Of a stretch of DNA of 64,000 nt, positions 57,600-64,000 are shown piece after piece. The notes beneath the pieces were generated by a model, which saw only the letters and a program-made list of their open reading frames with translations, did no database searches and had not been told where the DNA came from. The stretch comes from Alphaproteobacteria bacterium (GTDB taxonomy: Bacteria > Pseudomonadota > Alphaproteobacteria > MPNO01), in the NCBI GenBank assembly GCA_964291675.2, contig OZ219866.1, positions 1,600,001-1,664,000 of the forward strand, in the 5' to 3' direction. Made by a program: the position numbers and the translations under genes. How positions within the stretch are numbered: the first letter of the stretch is position 1; the number at the start of each line of letters is the position of its first letter.

Positions 57600-58710
57600 C
57601 GCGCACCTCGAAATCGATGCGCGGGTCGACGACCGTGTAGGTGAGGTCGCCCACCAGCCGCAGCACCAGCCCGAGCAGGGTGAAGAAATAGGTGGTCGCG
57701 AAGACGATCGGGTAGTCGCGCTTGATCAGCGCCTCGAAGCCGAGCAGGCCGAGCCCGTCGAGCGAGAAGATCACCTCGATCAGCAGCGAGCCGGTGAACA
57801 GGATGCCGACGAAGACCCCGGGAAAGCTGGCGATCACGATCAGCATCGCGTTGCGGAACACGTGGCCGTAGAGCACGCGGCGCTCGGTCAGCCCCTTGGC
57901 CCGGGCCGTGAGCACGTATTGCATGTTGATCTGGTCGAGATAGGAATTCTTGGTCAGCAAAGTGAGCGCGAGAAAGCCGCCCGCCACCAGCGAGACCAGC
58001 GGCAAAGCGAGGTGCCAGAAATAGTCGGCGATCTGGCCGAAGAAGCCGAGCTCGTCGAAGTTCTCCGAGGTCAGGCCGCGCAGCGGAAACCAGTCGAGAA
58101 AGCTGCCGCCCGCGAAGAACACGATCAGCAGCACCGCGAGCACGAAGGAGGGCGTGGCGAAGCCGATGGTCATGACGATCGTCGTCCACAGGTCGAAGCG
58201 CGTCCCGTCCCTGACCGCCTTGCGGATGCCGAGCGGGATGCAGACCAAATAGAGGATCAGCGTCGACCAGAGCCCGAGCGAGATGGAGACCGGCATTTTC
58301 TCCAGCACCAGGTTGACCACCGTCTCGTCGCGGAAATAGCTGGTGCCGAAGTCGAAGGTCACGAAGTTTCCCATCATCAGCGCGAAGCGCTCGTGCATCG
58401 GCTTGTCGAAGCCGAACTGCTCTTCGAGCTGGGCGATGAACTCGGGGTCGAGCCCGCGCGCGCCGCGATACTTGCTGGTCACCGCCGAGGATGCCGCGTC
58501 GGCCTGCGCGGCGGACGGCGAGGCGCCGGTCTCGGTGCCGCCGCCCCCGCCGAACCGGCTGGTCGGCGCGACGCTGGTGCCGGTCACCTGAGCGATGATC
58601 TGCTCGACCGGCCCGCCGGGCGCGACCTGGATGATCAGGAAGTTGATGACCATGATCCCGAGCAGCGTCGGGATCATCAGCAGCAGCCGCCGGACGATAT
58701 AGCTCAGCAT
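57592..58710 (-). CDS. yejB: Peptide ABC transporter permease
   Basis: YIVRRLLLMIPTL, APGGPVEQ, YRGARGLDPEFI. Confidence 0.93.
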   Translation of the reverse strand: MLSYIVRRLLLMIPTLLGIMVINFLIIQVAPGGPVEQIIAQVTGTSVAPTSRFGGGGGTETGASPSAAQADAASSAVTSKYRGARGLDPEFIAQLEEQFGFDKPMHERFALMMGNFVTFDFGTSYFRDETVVNLVLEKMPVSISLGLWSTLILYLVCIPLGIRKAVRDGTRFDLWTTIVMTIGFATPSFVLAVLLIVFFAGGSFLDWFPLRGLTSENFDELGFFGQIADYFWHLALPLVSLVAGGFLALTLLTKNSYLDQINMQYVLTARAKGLTERRVLYGHVFRNAMLIVIASFPGVFVGILFTGSLLIEVIFSLDGLGLLGFEALIKRDYPIVFATTYFFTLLGLVLRLVGDLTYTVVDPRIDFEVRGG

Positions 58711-58744
58711 CCCAAGGGAGGTCCGCCGGACCCTGCCGTTGCCG

Positions 58745-60583
58745 TCACGGTGCGGGCGGGGCCTTCCCCGCCGCGATCATCGCCGCCTTTTCCGGGTTGT
58801 ACCACCAGGTGTCGACAACGCCGCGGCCGAAGCGGGGCTTGATCGCCGGGCGGTCGAACTTGTTCCAGTAGGCGATGTGGTGCACGCCCTTGAACCACTG
58901 CGGCACGGTGTAGCTGTTCCACATCAGCACCCGGTCGAGCGCGTGCACGGCGGTGGTCAGCTCCGAGCGCGTGCGCGCGGCGATGACCTTCTCGATCAAC
59001 GCATCGACGGCCGGGTCCTCGATGCCGCCGACATTGAACGACCCGGGCAGGCCGGCGCTCGCCGAGCCGAAATAGTTGCGCTGTTCGAGCCCCGGCGTCA
59101 GCGGCTGGACGAAGCGCTGGATGACGACGTCGAAGTCGTGATGGTCGGTGCGGTACTTGAAGTTCGCCGCGTCGGCGATGCGGATCGTCGCCTCGATACC
59201 CAGGCGTTTGAGATTGGCGATGTAAGGCGAGACGATCCGCGAGAACGAAGCCTCCAGCAGCAGAAACTCGATCGTCACGGGCGCGCCCGAAGGGTCCCGC
59301 AGCACGCTGTCCCTGACCCGGTATCCCGCCTCGCGCAGCAGGCGCGCGGCCTGGCGCAGCTCGCGGCGGATCTTGCCGCTGCCGTCCGTCACGCTGGCCT
59401 TGTACGGCCGGGCGAAGACCTCTTCGGGGACTTGGCCGCGCAACGGCTCGAGAAGGGCGAGCTCCGCTTCGTTCGGCGGGGCGTGGGCCGCGAGCGGGGA
59501 ATTCTCGAACATCGAGTTGGTCCGCTCGTAGAGCCCGAAGAACAGGTTCTTGTTGGTCCACTCGAAATCGAAGGCGAGATCGAGCGCGCGGCGCACGCGG
59601 CGGTCCTGGAACTTGTCGCGCCTGAGGTTGAAGAAGAAGGCCTGCACGCCGGACGGGGTCTCGTCGGGCAGCGCCTCGCGGACGATCAGCCCCTTGCGCA
59701 CCGGCGGCTTGTCGTACTGGGTTACCCAGCTCCGGGAGGTGAACTCCTCGCGAAAGTCGTACTGGCCGGCGAAGATCGCCTCGAACGCGATGTCGCGGTC
59801 GCGGTAGTAATCGACCTTGATCCGGTCGAAATTGTAGCGCCCGCGGTTGACCGGAAGATCGCGCGCCCAGTAGTCGGTCACCCGCTCATAGGTCACCGAC
59901 CGTCCGGGCTCCGCCCTGGCGACGCGATAGGGTCCGCTGGAAAGCGGCGGGGTGAAGGTCGTCCGGTCGAACGCGACCGTGGCATAGTATTTTTCCGACA
60001 GCACCGGCAGCGCCGCGAGCTGGACAGGAAGGTCGCGGTGACGCCCGGGCTTGAAGTCGAACCGCACCTTGTGACGGTCGACCGCTTCGACACCGGCCAC
60101 GTCGCGGAACAGGATGCGGAACTGCGGATGCCCCTTGGCGACCAGGGTGCGATAGGTGAAGGCCACGTCGTCGGCCGTGATCGGCGTGCCGTCGTGGAAC
60201 CGGGCCTCGGGCCTCAGCCGGAACGCGACCCAGCCGCCCGCCTCGGGGACCTCGACCGCCCGGGCGACCAGCCCGTAGAGCGCATCCGGCTCGTCCAGGG
60301 CGCGCGCCATCAGCGTGTCGAAAATGAGCGCGTTCCACGCCTCCTTCCGGCCCTTGAGGATGAAGGGGTTGAGGGTCTCGAAGGTATCGAGCCCCCAGAG
60401 CCTGAGCGTCCCGCCCTTCGGCGCGTCCGGGTTGACGTAGTCGAAATGGGTGAAGTCCGCGCCGTATTTGAGGTCGCCGAAGACCGAGACGCCGTGGCCG
60501 ATTTTGACCGTCCCGGCGAGCGCCTGGGAGGCGAACGCCGCCAGCATGGCCGCGCCGGCATGGCGAAGAAGGGCCGTCCTCAC
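58745..60583 (-). CDS. yejA: Peptide ABC substrate-binding protein, YejA paralog 2
   Basis: HFDYVNPDAPKGG, ARFHDG, AFDFEWTN; GTGA overlap with upstream paralog. Confidence 0.9.
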   Translation of the reverse strand: MRTALLRHAGAAMLAAFASQALAGTVKIGHGVSVFGDLKYGADFTHFDYVNPDAPKGGTLRLWGLDTFETLNPFILKGRKEAWNALIFDTLMARALDEPDALYGLVARAVEVPEAGGWVAFRLRPEARFHDGTPITADDVAFTYRTLVAKGHPQFRILFRDVAGVEAVDRHKVRFDFKPGRHRDLPVQLAALPVLSEKYYATVAFDRTTFTPPLSSGPYRVARAEPGRSVTYERVTDYWARDLPVNRGRYNFDRIKVDYYRDRDIAFEAIFAGQYDFREEFTSRSWVTQYDKPPVRKGLIVREALPDETPSGVQAFFFNLRRDKFQDRRVRRALDLAFDFEWTNKNLFFGLYERTNSMFENSPLAAHAPPNEAELALLEPLRGQVPEEVFARPYKASVTDGSGKIRRELRQAARLLREAGYRVRDSVLRDPSGAPVTIEFLLLEASFSRIVSPYIANLKRLGIEATIRIADAANFKYRTDHHDFDVVIQRFVQPLTPGLEQRNYFGSASAGLPGSFNVGGIEDPAVDALIEKVIAARTRSELTTAVHALDRVLMWNSYTVPQWFKGVHHIAYWNKFDRPAIKPRFGRGVVDTWWYNPEKAAMIAAGKAPPAP

Positions 60584-62436
60584 TGCGCGCCGCCCAGCTT
60601 GCGCTTGCGCTCTTCGAGGCTCGCCGCCTTGCCCGCATCGACCCACCAGCTCATCAGGTCGTTGCCGTATTTGGGGCTCTCGGCGGGCTTGCCGAACTTG
60701 TCCCAATAGGCGATCCGGTCGAAGCGGATATGCCATTGCGGGATGACGTAGTGGTTCCACAGCAGCACGCGGTCGAGCGCGCGCGTCGCGGCGACCAGCC
60801 GGTGGCGGTCGGGTGCGGCGATCAGCTTCTCGATCAGGGCGTCGACGACCGGGTTCCGGATGCCGACCAGGTTGCGGCTGCCCTGGCGGAGGGCGGCGTC
60901 CGAGCTCCAGAAGTCGCGCTGCTCGTTGCCGGGCGAGTCCGACTGGCCCCAGCTCGCGATCGCCATATCGAAGTCGAAGCCGTTCAGCCGGTTGATGTAT
61001 TGCGACGAATCGACCACCCGGATGCGCCCCTCGATGCCGAGCCGCTTGAGGTTGCGGATGAACGGGGCGACCACCCGCTCGAAGAGGGGGCTGACCAGCA
61101 GGAACTCGATCTCCATCTTCTCGCCGCTCGCCGCATGGGTCAGCCGGCCGTCCCGGATCGTCCAGGACGCGGCCTTGAGCAGCCGGACGGCGCGGCGCAG
61201 GTTGCGCCGGACATTGCCCGACCCGTCGGTCTCGGGCGGCTTGAACTCTGTCGTGAACACCGCCTCGGGGATCTTCCCGCGAAACGGCTCCAGCAGCGCC
61301 TTCTCGGCCGGTCCGGGCGGCCCGCTGGCGGCGAGCTCGGAGTTGGAGAAGAAGCTCGTCGTCCGGCTGTACTGGCCATGGAACAGATTGCGGTTCGACC
61401 AGTTGAAGTCGAAGGCGAGCCCGATCGCCTCGCGCACCCGGATGTCCTGGAATTTCGCCCGCCGGAGGTTGAAGGCGAAGGACTGCATCCCGGTCGGCCG
61501 CGAATGGCGCACCTGTTCGGCATGCACCAGCCCCGCTCTCGCCGCGGGGAATTTGTAGCCCGTCGCCCAGTCCTTCGACGAGTTCTCCGAGCGGTAGTCG
61601 TACTCGTTCGCCTTGAAGGCTTCGAGCGCGACCGTCCGGTCGCGGTAATAGTCGATCCGGATGCGGTCGAAATTGTTCATGCCGAGATTGATCGGCAGCC
61701 GCTCGCCCCAGTAGTCCTTCACCCGCTCGAACTCGACGAACCGCCCGGGCTCGAAGCGGGCGATCCGGTAGGGCCCGCTGCCGAGCGGCGGCTCCAGCGT
61801 CGTCTGGTCGAAGGCGCGGCCCTCCCAGTAGTGCTTCGGCAGGACCGGCAACTGGCCGGTGATCTGCGGCAGCTCGCGGTTGGGCGGCCCGGTGAAATGG
61901 AACTTGACCCGATGCCGGCCGAGCCGTTCCGCCCTCGCGATGTTGCGGTAGTAGTAGCGGTAGAAGGGCTGGCCCTTCTCGCTGAGCGCGTTGAAGCTGA
62001 AGATGACGTCGTCCGCCGTCACCGGCTTGCCGTCGTGGAAGCGCGCCTCCGGCCGCAGGTTGTAGATCACGTAGGACAGGTCGTCGGGCACCTCGACCGT
62101 CGCGGCGACCAGACCGTACTCCGCCGACAGCTCGTCGCGCGGCGAGGTCATCAGGGTATCGACGACGAAGGCGAGGCTCGCGGAATCGCCCTTGACGATA
62201 TAGGGGTTGAAGCTGTCGAACGAGCCGATCGCGTGCAGCTTGATCGTCCCGCCTTTGGGCGCGTGGGGATCGACGTAGCTGCGATGCGCGAAGTCGGCAG
62301 GGTATCCGAGCTTGCCCACCAGGGTGAGGCCGTGGCTCTTGACGACTTCGGCGACGGCGGACCCGCCGCCGAGGACAAGCGCGGCAGCGGCGAGGATCCC
62401 GGCTGCCCGGGCTCCGACCCTCTGGATACTCTGCAT
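60580..62436 (-). CDS. yejA: Peptide ABC substrate-binding protein, YejA paralog 1
   Basis: YVDPHAPKGG, FDSFNPYI, SPGNEQRDFW, RALDRVL. Confidence 0.9.
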   Translation of the reverse strand: MQSIQRVGARAAGILAAAALVLGGGSAVAEVVKSHGLTLVGKLGYPADFAHRSYVDPHAPKGGTIKLHAIGSFDSFNPYIVKGDSASLAFVVDTLMTSPRDELSAEYGLVAATVEVPDDLSYVIYNLRPEARFHDGKPVTADDVIFSFNALSEKGQPFYRYYYRNIARAERLGRHRVKFHFTGPPNRELPQITGQLPVLPKHYWEGRAFDQTTLEPPLGSGPYRIARFEPGRFVEFERVKDYWGERLPINLGMNNFDRIRIDYYRDRTVALEAFKANEYDYRSENSSKDWATGYKFPAARAGLVHAEQVRHSRPTGMQSFAFNLRRAKFQDIRVREAIGLAFDFNWSNRNLFHGQYSRTTSFFSNSELAASGPPGPAEKALLEPFRGKIPEAVFTTEFKPPETDGSGNVRRNLRRAVRLLKAASWTIRDGRLTHAASGEKMEIEFLLVSPLFERVVAPFIRNLKRLGIEGRIRVVDSSQYINRLNGFDFDMAIASWGQSDSPGNEQRDFWSSDAALRQGSRNLVGIRNPVVDALIEKLIAAPDRHRLVAATRALDRVLLWNHYVIPQWHIRFDRIAYWDKFGKPAESPKYGNDLMSWWVDAGKAASLEERKRKLGGAQ

Positions 62437-62515
62437 GCCTCCCCTCCGGGCGGTATCCGCGCGGAATGCGATTCTGTGCGCAACGCCGGGCGCGTTCAAG
62501 CGCGCCCCTGACGCC

Positions 62516-63304
62516 CTAGTTGGTGCCGCCGGCGAGCAATTCCAAGGCCGTTTCGTGAATTCGGGGATCGCCGGCCGCGATCACCCGGCCCGCCGACCGG
62601 GGGCCGAGCGCGTCCCCTGTCCAGTCGGTGATGCGTCCGCCGGCGCCCTCGACCACCGGGACCAGCGCGCAGAAATCGTAAGTCTTGAGACCGGCCTCGA
62701 CGACGAGGTCGATATGGCCCGATGCGAGCAGCCCGTAGGCGTAGCAGTCCCCGCCATAGCCGGTGCTTCGCACGCTCCGGGCAAGCCGGACGAAGGCGTC
62801 CCGGTCGGCGCCCTCGAAGAGCTCCGGCGACGTCGTGTTGAGGATGGCGCGGCCGATACGGGCGCAGCCCCGCGTGCCGATGGCCTTGCCGCAAAAGCGC
62901 GACCCGGCCCCGGCGGCGCCGACCCAGCGCTCGCCGAGGACCGGCTGGTCGATGATGCCGAGGATCGGCTTGCCGTCCCGGAGCAGCGCGATCAGCGTGC
63001 CGAATATGGGCTTGCCCGCGACGAACGCCCTGGTGCCGTCGATCGGGTCCAGCACCCAGACTTCGGGGGAGTCCGGGCGCTCATTGCCGAACTCCTCGCC
63101 GACGATGCCGTGCCCGGGGTAGCGCTCGGCGATCATCGAGCGCATCGCCCGCTCGGCCTCGCGGTCGGCGACGGTGACTGGCGAGGCATCCGCCTTGTCC
63201 TCGACCGGGAACGGCGTCCTGAAATGGCGGCGGATTTTCGCGCCGCTGGCATCGGCGAGCTCGTGGGCGAAGTCGATATAGGCCTGCGGGCAGGCGGCGG
63301 GCAT
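62516..63304 (-). CDS. hisN: Histidinol-phosphatase (inositol monophosphatase family)
   Basis: PVTVADREAE, GEE, WVLDPIDGT, GGDCYAY. Confidence 0.88.
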   Translation of the reverse strand: MPAACPQAYIDFAHELADASGAKIRRHFRTPFPVEDKADASPVTVADREAERAMRSMIAERYPGHGIVGEEFGNERPDSPEVWVLDPIDGTRAFVAGKPIFGTLIALLRDGKPILGIIDQPVLGERWVGAAGAGSRFCGKAIGTRGCARIGRAILNTTSPELFEGADRDAFVRLARSVRSTGYGGDCYAYGLLASGHIDLVVEAGLKTYDFCALVPVVEGAGGRITDWTGDALGPRSAGRVIAAGDPRIHETALELLAGGTN

Positions 63305-63313
63305 CGGGCGCCG

Positions 63314-63853
63314 CTAGGGAAGCGGTGCGGGGGAGTCGCTCAACGTCCGCAGATAGGCGATCACGGCGGCCCGGTCCCTGGCCTTCTTGATGCCGGCGAA
63401 GGCCATCTTGGTGCCCGGGAGCCAGGCCTTGGGCTTGGCGAGGAAGCCGCCGAGATTGTCGTAGCTCCACGTCCCGCCCTTCGCCAGCATCGCCTTGGAA
63501 TAGGAGAAGCCGGCCCGCTTGCCCGCCTCCGAATTCACGACATCCCACAGATTGGGGCCGATCTTGTTCTTGCCGCCCTTCTCCACCGTGTGACAGGCCT
63601 TGCATTTCTTGAACACTTTTACGCCCCGGGCGGTGTCCGCATCGGCCAGCAGGGTGGCGATCGGCACCGGCGGGGCGGCTTCGGCGGGCGCCTTGGCCTC
63701 CGGCTCAGGCGTTGCCAGGGCGGCGACCGCAACCTCGCCCTTGCCGCTGTCGCGCGGGTGGACGAGCGCGTTGCCGATCGTGCTGATCGCGACCAGCGCC
63801 AGGGCGAGCAGCAGTACCGCGCCGGCGATCTTGTTGGCGAGCATTTGCGACAT
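63314..63853 (-). CDS. Membrane-anchored class I cytochrome c (CycM/c2-like)
   Basis: N-terminal [20 protein letters not shown]. Confidence 0.93.
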   Translation of the reverse strand: MSQMLANKIAGAVLLLALALVAISTIGNALVHPRDSGKGEVAVAALATPEPEAKAPAEAAPPVPIATLLADADTARGVKVFKKCKACHTVEKGGKNKIGPNLWDVVNSEAGKRAGFSYSKAMLAKGGTWSYDNLGGFLAKPKAWLPGTKMAFAGIKKARDRAAVIAYLRTLSDSPAPLP

Positions 63854-64000
63854 GGTTCGTCTTCCTTCGGACGGCCCGGCGCTCCTCCGTCTGCCGCGAC
63901 GCCGGCGCAGGATTAGCAGAACGGGTTTCCCCTTTGCAAGCCGCAGCCGGGCGGACCCGGGAGGCGGGCGGTTTGACAGGGGAACGGGCGAACTCGATAC

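Overview
High-GC bacterial DNA with alphaproteobacterial core genes (yejABEF, hisN, cytochrome c, M17 aminopeptidase). The window has two halves. (1) From 1 to about 32.2 kb is the right part of an integrative mobilizable element; its left end lies outside the window. It carries a MOBF relaxase-helicase, a candidate oriT/nic site, a leading-region block (DUF2493/SLOG protein, Toprim primase, SSB, multi-zinc-ribbon protein) and no type IV secretion genes. Its cargo is nuclease-rich: a REase-STAND ATPase, a HEPN-like protein, two PD-(D/E)xK proteins behind a DUF413/MaoP-like gene, two HNH-type proteins, HigBA and a NYN protein. It also carries envelope proteins (Sel1+PG-binding, trypsin+OmpA) and many short fused gene relics. 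It ends with an arm-type tyrosine integrase. About 210 bp upstream of the integrase start, where a tRNA-derived att core would be expected, there is a perfect consensus parS palindrome (TGTTTCACGTGAAACA, 32183-32198) and no tRNA. This is the most striking observation. (2) From about 32.3 to 64 kb is host-like DNA: a 21-kb catabolic cluster probably acting on N-heteroaromatics, punctuated by REP-like palindromes, followed by core genes. All family assignments come from motif recognition by eye; no database searches were run.
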